A stretch of 37,361 nucleotides of DNA from Candidatus Aenigmatarchaeota archaeon (GTDB taxonomy: Archaea; Aenigmatarchaeota; Aenigmatarchaeia; QMZS01). Within the stretch, counting starts at the first letter, position 1. Each line of letters starts with the position of its first letter. A program made the position numbers and the translations under genes. Where the stretch lies: positions 1 to 37,361 of the forward strand of contig QMZS01000002.1 in the NCBI GenBank assembly GCA_003663295.1. The letters are read 5' to 3'. Below are positions 17,042-26,404 of the stretch, piece after piece. A model generated the notes under the pieces. The model was not told the DNA's origin. It made no database searches and worked only from the letters and a program-made list of their open reading frames with translations.

Positions 17042-18154
17042 TTATTCCAACCACTCTTTCCTGGCAATCTTTTCAGGCAAGTAAGTTTCGGTTATAAAAC
17101 TTATATCTTTTGCGCTCAGGGCTTCAAGTTCAAGTTTGACTCCTTTCTCAACCATATGATTGAGTTCGTCCCTCCAGCTCTTTTTGTGGAACCATTTATA
17201 ATTAAGAATTTCCTTTATCCTCTTTTTATCCCCTTCATTCAATTTAATCGTTACCTCTTTTGGAAGATTATATTTATCCTGATCAAAAGAACTCAATCCA
17301 ATGAACTTTGCATCAGGCACAGCCATCCTCACAGATTCATAGGCGAGATTTATTGAACCCTGTTTAACAACAGAGTAAATATAAAACCCCCAAGGATCAT
17401 TGTCCACAAGCACATATATAGGCAATTTCAATTCATCATGCATTCTTCTCAATAATCTCCTTACGCCTCTCGGAGGCTGACCTCCGCCATGAATAATCAT
17501 ACAATTGTGTTTCTCCCAGAATTTATCCTCATTGAAACGACCCCACACAGTATCTTTTTCTATAAATAATATAAATTTAGCGTCGCATTTTTTAAATTTA
17601 ATTATGTCAGCTTCCACTATGGAAGGCACAGCCCAGCCGCCGGAACCCATTTTTCTTAAATCAATCTCATCTCCGGAATCCTCTATTGTGAGATTGCCAA
17701 TCATCACCCCTTTGCTATTTGCCCTTAAATGCAACTCTTCTCTCAAAGCATTTATACTAACCTCCACATCTTCAATTATTGGGTCTGACTCAACCTGGTC
17801 CTCAAAAGTGTTTTCTTTGGAATCGCCTATAGTGTGTTTAGTATTATAATACAAACTCCTTATTGATGTTGTCTTTCCAGATTTTACCAAATTCTGACAG
17901 GCATCCGCAACAATTAAAGTCTGCATAAATTTTCTTGCCTGATCAATGCTGAAAAAATTCCTTTTTTGCGTTTTATTTCCCAAAGTAATCAACTGCTCTT
18001 TTTCATCAAAAAGCACATTGCTCAATGTTCTTATGATTATATCTAAAGACAATTCATTGCCTTTTTCCAAATCCTTTAAAACTTCGTTTCCATACATATC
18101 TCTTAATTTTTTAATTATTAAATCCGACTTTTCTTTAGATATCATATTATTCAT
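17042..18154 (-). CDS. top6A: DNA topoisomerase VI subunit A
   Basis: Spo11/Top6A pattern: SIRSLYY (catalytic Tyr region), Toprim FILFIEKDTVW and VLVDNDPWG. Overlaps top6B by 8 nt. Confidence 0.9.
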   Translation of the reverse strand: MNNMISKEKSDLIIKKLRDMYGNEVLKDLEKGNELSLDIIIRTLSNVLFDEKEQLITLGNKTQKRNFFSIDQARKFMQTLIVADACQNLVKSGKTTSIRSLYYNTKHTIGDSKENTFEDQVESDPIIEDVEVSINALREELHLRANSKGVMIGNLTIEDSGDEIDLRKMGSGGWAVPSIVEADIIKFKKCDAKFILFIEKDTVWGRFNEDKFWEKHNCMIIHGGGQPPRGVRRLLRRMHDELKLPIYVLVDNDPWGFYIYSVVKQGSINLAYESVRMAVPDAKFIGLSSFDQDKYNLPKEVTIKLNEGDKKRIKEILNYKWFHKKSWRDELNHMVEKGVKLELEALSAKDISFITETYLPEKIARKEWLE

Positions 18155-19667
18155 TCCTTTTTACAACCTCCTTCTTAATCAAGGCCATAATATATTCTTT
18201 ATTTTTACCTGTTAAATTTGCAATTGACTGGGCAACTTCCTCGCTGTACCTGTCAAATATTTTCCTCCTTCTCTCCTTTGCGTATTTTCTCTGTTCAGCG
18301 GAAATATAACTTCCTAGTTTTCTCCCTATATCCAACAAACCTAGTTTAATTTCTTTGATAATCTCATCATAAGAAGCAATAGCTTGTTTACCCTCTGAAA
18401 TAAATGGAACCCACACAGATTCCACATCAACAAGAATAACCATTGGTCCCACAGGCAGACTGCCGCCTGGTTGAGATAAACCATATCTTTTCCATTGTGT
18501 TTTTGCGACGGCCTTGTAAATTCCGCATTCAGATTGCTGGTAAAATAAAGGAACTTTATTTGCAAATCTTATTAAGGTTATCTGTTTATCAGAAGGAAGT
18601 TCTTTTGAATAAACTAAACCCACTTCTACCTGAAAAGGTATTGAATTATAAACTGCCACAGGTCTTGTGCATGCGGCAACAAAATCCGCATTATATTCTT
18701 TGTTAAGTCCCTTAATGATATTATCTTCCCCTATTGGAGATAAACAGTCTGTTGGAGGTCTCTGCAATTTTACCTGTTGCATTGCTTCCATCAAATCTGA
18801 AGATTTGTCTCTTGCAATGGCATTTGGTCTTGTATGTGGATCCAATTTTGACAACTTGCATATGTCTTTTGCGCCTATGCTACCAACCTTTGAAAAATCA
18901 TTCATAAGAAATGATTGAACTGTTTTTGAATTTGTCCTTACCAGCATTTTCATCAAAGTCCCGAGTTCAACTCCATGAGGGTGTGGCGCAACTTTCTTTG
19001 GTTTCTTTGGCAATTTATCAGTAACTCTTTTAAATATTATTTTCTTTTTCTCAGGATTGACAAATATGATCTGTGCATGAGGGTTTGCAATAGCCGTATA
19101 TTTTATATAATCATAAGGTCCCTTGGTTTTTCTGAAAAGACCTTTTAATTTCATTGTTATTTTTGTTCCATGATCTTTCACAGTTTCGAGTTTTTTCTCA
19201 TCTTCAATCACAGGCATATTGGTTGCAGTGTCTATGGACAGTTTGCAAGAATAATGAACTTTGCCTTTTACCTTGGATTCTATGGCTGCTGGTTCTCCAG
19301 TTGTTAACTGCGAATATAAAATGGAAGCGGAAATTCCAATTCCCTGTTGTCCCCTTGACTGCATCCCAGCTTCCCCAAGTGATTTAAATTTAGACCCAAA
19401 TAAAAGTTTTCCAAAAACATCTTTTACATATTTCTCCTCAATCCCCGGACCATTGTCTTCAACACTCAATTGAAATATATCTTTTTCAGTATTTTTGATT
19501 TTAACAATAATATGCGGCAAAATATTGGCTTCTTCGCAGGCATCCAAAGAATTATCAACTGCTTCTTTAAGAACTGTTATAAGTGCCTTTGTGGGGCTGT
19601 CAAATCCCAATAAATGCTTGTTTTTCTCAAAAAACTCCGAGATTGCAACCGCCTTATACTCCGCCAT
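18147..19667 (-). CDS. top6B: DNA topoisomerase VI subunit B
   Basis: GHKL ATPase motifs EAVDNSLDA, DNGPGI and GQQGIGISA. Confidence 0.9.
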   Translation of the reverse strand: MAEYKAVAISEFFEKNKHLLGFDSPTKALITVLKEAVDNSLDACEEANILPHIIVKIKNTEKDIFQLSVEDNGPGIEEKYVKDVFGKLLFGSKFKSLGEAGMQSRGQQGIGISASILYSQLTTGEPAAIESKVKGKVHYSCKLSIDTATNMPVIEDEKKLETVKDHGTKITMKLKGLFRKTKGPYDYIKYTAIANPHAQIIFVNPEKKKIIFKRVTDKLPKKPKKVAPHPHGVELGTLMKMLVRTNSKTVQSFLMNDFSKVGSIGAKDICKLSKLDPHTRPNAIARDKSSDLMEAMQQVKLQRPPTDCLSPIGEDNIIKGLNKEYNADFVAACTRPVAVYNSIPFQVEVGLVYSKELPSDKQITLIRFANKVPLFYQQSECGIYKAVAKTQWKRYGLSQPGGSLPVGPMVILVDVESVWVPFISEGKQAIASYDEIIKEIKLGLLDIGRKLGSYISAEQRKYAKERRRKIFDRYSEEVAQSIANLTGKNKEYIMALIKKEVVKRNE

Positions 19668-19818
19668 TATATTATTTCAGAGAAAGTTTTAAAAGTGGTG
19701 TGATTGAAAAATAAAGTTTCTGCTCAAAAATAGTTATATAATTACCAAATAAAGTAATTATGGATTTGAAATCTATTAAAGAATTTTTTAAATTCACAAC
19801 AAACAAAATAATCTTTTT

Positions 19819-20247
19819 TTGATGTTTCTGATTACTTTTTGGATTATTCCAGTTTCACCAACCATAAATCATCTTTTTGGATTTTTATGTCCTATAATAG
19901 CATATCCATTAAGCTGTCTCCTTGCAGACAATGCTGAAAGAAGTTTAATAATTATCTTAATAAGCCTATTCTTAATTTATTTCATTCCAATAATTATATA
20001 TAATTCATATTATGAACCAAATATCGGTAATTATGGGGGAGATTTAAAAATAAAAAAATTTATTGAGAACTGTGAAGGTTATTGTAAAAAAGATTTAAGT
20101 CTTAAATATTGCACTAATTATTTTAAAAAAAATAATCTGATCGTAAAAATTGATTGGGGTGAAGGTGGGGGAGAAAATGAATTAATAAAATTAGGTATAA
20201 AACAATGGAATGTCTGTGAACCTAAACATATTTCTTTGACTTTTTGA
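19819..20247 (+). CDS. Hypothetical membrane protein, possibly frame-shifted from an upstream ATG at 19760
   Basis: The track ORF starts at TTG. An ATG at 19760 encodes MDLKSIKEFFKFTTNKIIFF and then stops after a T8 run (19813-19820). A 1-nt shift there joins it to this ORF. The 3' end overlaps the peptidase-gene fragment on the other strand. Confidence 0.4.
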   Translation: MMFLITFWIIPVSPTINHLFGFLCPIIAYPLSCLLADNAERSLIIILISLFLIYFIPIIIYNSYYEPNIGNYGGDLKIKKFIENCEGYCKKDLSLKYCTNYFKKNNLIVKIDWGEGGGENELIKLGIKQWNVCEPKHISLTF

Positions 20248-20300
20248 GATTTTCTACTTCTTCTTTCTTAAGCCCGCAAATTTCTCCTTCAACAACAATA
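20205..20300 (-). pseudogene. Decayed duplicate of the 3' part of the prepilin peptidase gene
   Basis: 20241-20287 matches 21634-21680 at 46/47 nt, with weaker similarity on both flanks. Translates GEICGLKKEEVENLKKSKKYV-stop versus GEICGLKKEEVEKLKKTKKYVDVQEG in the intact gene. Confidence 0.7.
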
Positions 20301-20823
20301 TTTATTTATAGATATTTTAAATTATGGTAAACATATCCAAAATTACAAAAGAAATAAAAACAAAAAATTCTCTCTTGAATTTGAAAGAGAACTTCTTGAA
20401 TTGCTAAACAAAAAGATGCCGGGGATTAATAGATTGAGAATTAATTTTAATTCAAATAGAAATTTAAAACATTTTATATATCTTAAACGAAAATTTCCTT
20501 TATTTAATGACTATCTCATCAACCTTAAAAAAATATGAAGCTTGTCCAAATCCAACTCTCTGCATACTTATGATCTGACTAATAAAAAAAATATGCCTGT
20601 TTTTTACAGAAAATTGACTAAAAAATATTCCATCTAAATATTTATCTAAAAAATGGAAAAAATGAAGATGGTATAAAAATATATGAATCTTTGTTAAAAA
20701 ATGGAAGGCCTGGAATTAATCAAAAAAATTTGGTTGATGAATTAAATATCCTATTAAAAATCCCTATTTTGAATTGAAGGATTATGAAAATGAAACAGAT
20801 GCTTATTCCAACAGGAATATTAA

Positions 20824-21492
20824 AAAACAGGATTAATAACAAACGATGCTATTAAATGTCTTGAGGATTTTAAAGGCAAAACATTTCCATTTCTAAGGAC
20901 TATTTGTTTGCAGATAAAACCAAAGATAAATATTTTAGAGGTTGGTGCTGGTATTCTTTCTATTGCATCAATTCTTGCGGAAGCGAAAAAAGTTGCTGGT
21001 GTTGAATTAAATCCAATAACCTATATTTTAACGGATATAATTATCAAAGATATGGAAGAAAACAAAATCTTGCCCAAAAATTCAATAGAACTTCTGTGGG
21101 GCGATACATTAATATTTAGCACAGAAGAATATAAAGAATTCAAATGAAAAACATTTGATGCAATAATCTCAGAAAATATTTATACTGGAATGTTTTTTGA
21201 ACTTCAAATGAAAATGTTAGATCATATATTAAAAAATTGTTTAAATGTGAAAAAAGATTGGCAGATGGTTTTTAGCGTAAATGAAAATTGTGATTCAATT
21301 TTAAATATAACCAAAAAGTTACACGAAAAAAATTTAAGAAAGTTCAAAAAAAGAAATAACTGCAAACAACCAATTAATTTGAGCCAAATGGGGGATTTTG
21401 AGATAACTGGAAGTTATGGTTTTGAAACTGGTTACGAAAAAATCTGGTTATCTACAACAGAGTATATAAATCTAAAAGGTTGTGGTATTTAA
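20824..21492 (+). pseudogene. Class I SAM-dependent methyltransferase remnant (in-frame TGA plus upstream frameshifts)
   Basis: Motif I ILEVGAGILS, motif II VAGVELNP, then EEYKEFK-TGA(21145-21147)-KTFDAIISENIYTGMFFELQ in the same frame. Upstream coding sense (20330-20823) is scattered over all three frames, broken at A-runs. Confidence 0.6.
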
Positions 21493-21521
21493 GTTATTTT
21501 TTCGTATTTCTTAAATTCTAT

Positions 21522-22301
21522 CTAAAGCAACAACAATCCAAAAAATCCCCCAAAATAATACAAAAAAAGCAAAGTGAGGGGGAATACCATTGTGAACCTG
21601 ACTCCTTCCTGAACATCAACATATTTTTTCGTCTTTTTGAGTTTTTCTACTTCTTCTTTCTTAAGCCCGCAAATTTCTCCCCCAACAAGAACATCCCCTT
21701 CTCTCAGTTCAGAAACTTTTATCTTTCTCTTCATACCTTTCTCAACAACTTTTGTATAAACATATATTAAAGGGAACCATCCGACCATGAAAAAGAACTG
21801 CATATAATAAGAAATTAAAACGCAGGCAAAGATAAATCCAAAATATATCAAAAGGTGTTTCTTAATTTCAGAAACAAAAATCTCCCTTACTTTCTTATTT
21901 ATAACCCCATATCCAATTATATAAATCATGGAATAAACCCCCCCAACGATCAGAACATTAAACACAAATGAAATTGGATAAAGCAAAAAAGGGGTTGGGA
22001 GGAAAGGTGTGAGAAAACCAATACCTCCAAGAACCCAGGCATCACCATCACCCCAGACTTTTAACTGATACAATAATAGTCCGAGAGCCAAAAAAAAGGA
22101 ACCAATTAAAATTGAATTTAAGAAAAATGCAAAGTTTCCGCTCATCAAAGAAACTATGAACCAGTAAAATAATCCAAAAGAAATTAAAATAGCAGGAACC
22201 TCTTCATGAACATCTGAAGTCTTCAAATCGTATAATCCCGCATATAAGGTTATCAAAAAACATAAGATAAACGAAAAAAATATGAAAGACATTTCTATCA
22301 T
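21522..22301 (-). CDS. Archaeal prepilin/preflagellin peptidase (A24 family)
   Basis: Polytopic. First catalytic Asp region LYAGLYDLKTSDV, second in VWGDGDAWVLGG (GxGD-type). A soluble ~45-aa segment (KVSELREGDVLVGGEICGLKKEEVEKLKK...) precedes the last helix. Confidence 0.75.
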   Translation of the reverse strand: MIEMSFIFFSFILCFLITLYAGLYDLKTSDVHEEVPAILISFGLFYWFIVSLMSGNFAFFLNSILIGSFFLALGLLLYQLKVWGDGDAWVLGGIGFLTPFLPTPFLLYPISFVFNVLIVGGVYSMIYIIGYGVINKKVREIFVSEIKKHLLIYFGFIFACVLISYYMQFFFMVGWFPLIYVYTKVVEKGMKRKIKVSELREGDVLVGGEICGLKKEEVEKLKKTKKYVDVQEGVRFTMVFPLTLLFLYYFGGFFGLLLL

Positions 22302-22357
22302 TAATTAATTAAATTTTATAAAATTAAGGTATAATTTAGAATTTTAGTTAGATTATT

Positions 22358-23029
22358 ATGCTCAAACACTTAGCAATTATACCCGACGGAAACCGCAGAT
22401 ACGCAAAAAAAGCAAAAATTCAGATGAGAAATAATTATAAGAATTCTATTGAGAAAACTTTTGATATTGTGGGATGGTGTGTTGAATCAAAAATATCTGT
22501 TTTAACAATATGGGGATTTTCAACAGAGAACTGGAAAAGGTCAAATTCAGAGAAAAAAGTTTTATTCAAGTTATTTGAAGAAAAAGCAACAGAACTCCTT
22601 TTAGATGAAAGACTTGTAACCGGAGGAATACAGATAAAAGTGATTGGTGATAAAAAACAGTTTTCAAAAAAACTTCAAAGCCTGTTTTGCGATATAGAAG
22701 AAAAAACAAAAAAGAATAAAAAATTAAAATTAAATCTACTTCTTAATTATGGGGGAAGATATGAAATATTATCTGCGATAAATAATCTACTTAAAGAAAG
22801 CAAAAAGAATGTGGATGAAAAAACATTTAAGAAGTATTTGTGGTTGTCTGAAGAACCTGATTTAATAATTAGAACCTCAGGGGAACACAGGCTTAGCGGA
22901 CTGCTTCCTTTCCAGTCTGTTTATTCTGAACTTTATTTTGAGCCAAAATATTTCCCTGAATTTGAGAAAAAAGATTTTAACAAAGCAATAAAAAGTTTCA
23001 ATAATCAATCAAGGAGATTTGGAAAATAG
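22358..23029 (+). CDS. uppS: Undecaprenyl/di-trans,poly-cis-prenyl diphosphate synthase (cis-prenyltransferase)
   Basis: HLAIIPDGNRRYAKK, WGFSTENWKRS, IRTSGEHRLSGLLPFQSVYSELYF. Confidence 0.9.
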   Translation: MLKHLAIIPDGNRRYAKKAKIQMRNNYKNSIEKTFDIVGWCVESKISVLTIWGFSTENWKRSNSEKKVLFKLFEEKATELLLDERLVTGGIQIKVIGDKKQFSKKLQSLFCDIEEKTKKNKKLKLNLLLNYGGRYEILSAINNLLKESKKNVDEKTFKKYLWLSEEPDLIIRTSGEHRLSGLLPFQSVYSELYFEPKYFPEFEKKDFNKAIKSFNNQSRRFGK

Positions 23030-23121
23030 ATTCAACTGGATTTAGAAATAATTTTTATAACTGCTGTAATCTTCATCATTAAAACAAACAAAAATTATTT
23101 TTTCCAAATCTGATAATTTAA

Positions 23122-23559
23122 CTATTTTTTCTTCTCAATTAATCTTATAACATTTATTGACAAAGTCAGTGGAATTGAAACCACAGCCTCAAGCAATTCT
23201 ATAGTTACTTCTTTCTTTGCATCATTAAGTCTTGTGATTTTTCCTTTTTCTCCTTTAAAAGGTCCGCTCAAAACTTCAATAACATCACCAATATTCAATT
23301 CAATGGCTTTTTGTTCTCTTACAAGATATCTTTTTAATTCAGCCACAGTAACAGGTTTTTTGATAATACCTCTTACATGAGGAGCTCCGTATATAGCCCT
23401 GTTTATATCCTCCTCTTCACCTTCAAGGAATAAATAGCCTTTCAACTCTTCAAGATAAATTATTGATTTTAAATCCAATTCTCTTAATTTTACCTCTTTT
23501 GCTATGTAATCAAGAGCCATTCTCTCCCTGCCGATTACCACTCTTATTGGTGTTATCAT
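23122..23559 (-). CDS. spt5: Transcription elongation factor Spt5 (NusG)
   Basis: NGN domain followed by KOW motif GDVIEVLSGPFKGEKGKITRL. Confidence 0.85.
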   Translation of the reverse strand: MITPIRVVIGRERMALDYIAKEVKLRELDLKSIIYLEELKGYLFLEGEEEDINRAIYGAPHVRGIIKKPVTVAELKRYLVREQKAIELNIGDVIEVLSGPFKGEKGKITRLNDAKKEVTIELLEAVVSIPLTLSINVIRLIEKKK

Positions 23560-23612
23560 AATATAGAAAGTTTTTAAAAAAGGGATAAGATTTAACCAAT
23601 TAAATTATAGTT

Positions 23613-24950
23613 TCACTCAAAAAACTTCCTCATAGCCGGGTTCATATCTTCCATATACTGAGTAGACAATCTCTCATAAAAATTATGCAAAATCATCACA
23701 GTAAGCAAAATTCCAGTTCCTGTTCCCAAAGCTCCTGTAATATCTGCAAGTGCTGCAAGAAGACCAACCGCAATTCCGCCCATCACAGTAAGAGGATAAA
23801 TATATTTGCTCAATACTTTCACTAAAACCCTTCGATCCTTCCTAAACCCTGGAATCTGCATCCCAACCCCTGAAATCTGGTCTGCAACAGCTCCAGGACC
23901 CATATTTGCGGTTTCCACCCAGAATAAAGCAAATACAACACAAAGAATTGAAAGGAATGCTATATAAGTAATTATCCTCACAGGATCAACTGGACCAAGA
24001 CCAAACAAAGCATTCTGAAGAGTGTTGTGGGGAGCTGATAAATAATAACCAAGACCACTCACAGCATGCCCGTTATCACCATATTCCCCAAGAATTCCAA
24101 TACCTTTGCTGTCAAGCATAGCACCCATCATAGTCACATTAATAAGAAAAGCGGCTGCAAGAATTACCGGAAGGTTTGAAGTATAAAAGAAATTTAAAGG
24201 CCACCTTCTTCCAAAACCTCTTAATTGAGACAAAGCCAAAGGAATCTCCACTTTAATTGATTGCACATACAAACAGATTGCAAAAATTGCAAAGGTTGCA
24301 ATAATTGTGGTCATAGCCATTCCAATTAAAGTGAAGTTTGCAGTTGAAAAACCATATAATATCTGCGGAATCGCGCCTGCAGGAGTTTCTCCAAAAGGCG
24401 AGAAAAGTCCTATAAAAATTACTCTTGAAACACCTGCGGCAATAAACAAAGAAACGCCCGAACCAATACCCCATTTAGTTATAACTTCGTCTAAAAACAG
24501 AATTATCAATCCACCTAAAGCAATCTGGAAAGCCACTATAGGGATTAAAGCCGGAATCTGGGCAGGAACAGCCCCAAACATAACAAATGCAAAACCTTCC
24601 ACAAAACATAAAAATATTGTAAGCAATTTCTGAGTTCCCTGGAATTTTGCCCTCCCCTCCATGGAATTCATATCCCAAGTCAATATTTTTGAACCAACTA
24701 AAACCTGAAGTAAAATCGAAGAAGTGACAATTGGACCAATACCTAAAGTTGCAAGAGTCCCAAATTCAGAACCCATCAATACAGAAATCTGCCTGAATCT
24801 TTCATAAACGCCAGGCATGGCCCCAAAAACATGAATTCCGCCCATCAAGAAGAATAATAAAAGTGAAACGCCCGTCCATTTTAATCTATCCTTAAAATTC
24901 AATCTTGATTTCGGGTTAATAACCCCAGGTAATTTATTTAACAAGTTCAT
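23613..24950 (-). CDS. secY: Protein translocase subunit SecY
   Basis: 445 aa with 10 TM-like segments. Contains GIGPIVTSSILLQVL and sits directly downstream of uL15. Ends in TGA. Confidence 0.9.
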   Translation of the reverse strand: MNLLNKLPGVINPKSRLNFKDRLKWTGVSLLLFFLMGGIHVFGAMPGVYERFRQISVLMGSEFGTLATLGIGPIVTSSILLQVLVGSKILTWDMNSMEGRAKFQGTQKLLTIFLCFVEGFAFVMFGAVPAQIPALIPIVAFQIALGGLIILFLDEVITKWGIGSGVSLFIAAGVSRVIFIGLFSPFGETPAGAIPQILYGFSTANFTLIGMAMTTIIATFAIFAICLYVQSIKVEIPLALSQLRGFGRRWPLNFFYTSNLPVILAAAFLINVTMMGAMLDSKGIGILGEYGDNGHAVSGLGYYLSAPHNTLQNALFGLGPVDPVRIITYIAFLSILCVVFALFWVETANMGPGAVADQISGVGMQIPGFRKDRRVLVKVLSKYIYPLTVMGGIAVGLLAALADITGALGTGTGILLTVMILHNFYERLSTQYMEDMNPAMRKFFE

Positions 24951-24990
24951 TAAATTATTCGGTTAAAATTAATAATTACTGAGATATTTG

Positions 24991-25530
24991 TTATTTTGTG
25001 TTTTCTTTGGTTTTTGGGTTTTTTGTTTCTTTTGCTGGTTTATCTTTCTTATCTTCTTTGGATTTAACGTCTTTAACAGGTTTATCTTTCTTGTCTTCTT
25101 TGTCTTCAGGCTTAAATTCTTTATTGTTTTTGATTGCATCTTCTTTAACTTTTCTTCCAGATTCGATTTTTCCCCCGGCTTTCTTTATTTTCTCTTCTGC
25201 CTGTTTACTCCACTTATTTACAATTATTTCCAGTTTTTTTGTAGTTTCGCCGTTTCCAAGCAATTTTGTGTAACCGGCTTCTTTTAAATTGATTCTGGTT
25301 TCTTTGAAAGACCCCAAATCCTTTATGTTTATTACAGCACCTTCTGATTTTTTCTTTAAGTTTATATGAACAAAATGTTCCGGCATTTCCTTCCAAACCT
25401 TGAATTTATTGTGTTTTTTTGAACCTGCTAATCCGCAACCTCCTTTTGAACCATGACCTCTGTGCTTTTTCTTAGAACCATATCCAAAGGATTTCTGCCC
25501 ATGCATCTTCTTGGTTGTTGTCTTTCCCAT
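24991..25530 (-). CDS. rpl15: 50S ribosomal protein uL15 with Lys-rich C-terminal extension
   Basis: GYGSKKKHRGHGSKGGCGLAGSKKH is a typical L15 N-terminus. The C-terminal ~45 aa contains a repeated KEDKKDKP(V/A)K. Confidence 0.85.
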   Translation of the reverse strand: MGKTTTKKMHGQKSFGYGSKKKHRGHGSKGGCGLAGSKKHNKFKVWKEMPEHFVHINLKKKSEGAVINIKDLGSFKETRINLKEAGYTKLLGNGETTKKLEIIVNKWSKQAEEKIKKAGGKIESGRKVKEDAIKNNKEFKPEDKEDKKDKPVKDVKSKEDKKDKPAKETKNPKTKENTK

Positions 25531-25610
25531 AAGGTTTTCTCTTTAAAAAAAAGAAATACCCTATTATTGGGGTATCGGATAAGGGTGTTTTTTGGGTTAT
25601 TCGATATTTT

Positions 25611-26357
25611 TCATTTAACCTCAAAAAACCTCTGCAAATAAGCTTCTGCCAAACCCCTGTATTTTCCCCACAATTTAATGCTTGCTTCCTCAAAATTCTC
25701 AGTTATTTTATAATTTTCCCTCATTATTTTCTCTGTGAGGCAGTCCATGTAAAAATAGTTATAATCCCTTTTCTGGAAAATATTAAACAAATTTATCGAA
25801 TAATTCCCGATTCCGTGGATATTCTTTAATTCCATTTTTTCAAAGTTCTTTGCCAAATCCAGCAGATAATTTGCTTTATAGCCTAATTTCAGTTCACAGA
25901 GATTTTTCTCTTTATAAGCTTCTCTGGTAAAATTTAACTTTTCGTAAACCCTATGCATCTGAATCCTGTAATTCCTATATGAATTATTCTGTGAGATGAT
26001 TGCCCCTACAAGAGCCTCAAAATCAGAGAAAGCTGAGATAACCCTTGTATCCCTTATCTTTTCAAGATGATTTTTAAGAATAATATCCTTTTTGCATATA
26101 TTATAAAATTCTGACAAATCTTCCTCAAGACCAAGACAATATTTGATCCTGTTGATTAAATTGGTTTTTTTGTCTTTTTCAATTTCTTCAGAATAAGAAA
26201 TTATTAATTGATTTCCCGTTTGTTTAAATTTTAAGGTTATTGGTTTTCCTCCAATAATAATTTTCCTCACGGGTTCTGGGTCGTAAAAGAAATAGAATAG
26301 CCCTGAATTGAAGGTTTTAAGGAAATTAAAATTTGTTGTTTTTAGTTTTAGATGCAT
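25611..26357 (-). CDS. HhH-GPD superfamily DNA glycosylase (AlkA/Ogg-like)
   Basis: Helix-hairpin-helix LKNIHGIGNYSINLF followed by an Asp-containing segment FYMDCL. N-terminal AlkA-like beta domain. Confidence 0.6.
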   Translation of the reverse strand: MHLKLKTTNFNFLKTFNSGLFYFFYDPEPVRKIIIGGKPITLKFKQTGNQLIISYSEEIEKDKKTNLINRIKYCLGLEEDLSEFYNICKKDIILKNHLEKIRDTRVISAFSDFEALVGAIISQNNSYRNYRIQMHRVYEKLNFTREAYKEKNLCELKLGYKANYLLDLAKNFEKMELKNIHGIGNYSINLFNIFQKRDYNYFYMDCLTEKIMRENYKITENFEEASIKLWGKYRGLAEAYLQRFFEVK

Positions 26358-26404
26358 TATAGAATTTTAAAATGTGTTTAATTAATCAATAAAATTGGCA
26401 AATT

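Noticed and set aside
7123-21147. Possible TGA stop-codon reassignment, suggested by in-frame TGAs in the transposase fragment (7123-7125) and the methyltransferase (21145-21147)
   Set aside because: All Trp in the conserved genes are TGG. No housekeeping gene here contains an in-frame TGA. SecY (stop at 23615-23613) and the glycosylase (25613-25611) terminate at TGA at the expected protein ends. Both interrupted genes also show independent decay (truncation, frameshifts), so ordinary pseudogenes are the simpler reading.
25531-25610. Possible small ncRNA between the glycosylase and uL15 genes (hairpins ATACCC/GGGTAT and CGGATAA/TTATTCG)
   Set aside because: The elements are short and sit next to a T-run plus a TATA-like box on the coding (minus) strand. 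They are adequately explained as a terminator/promoter spacer.
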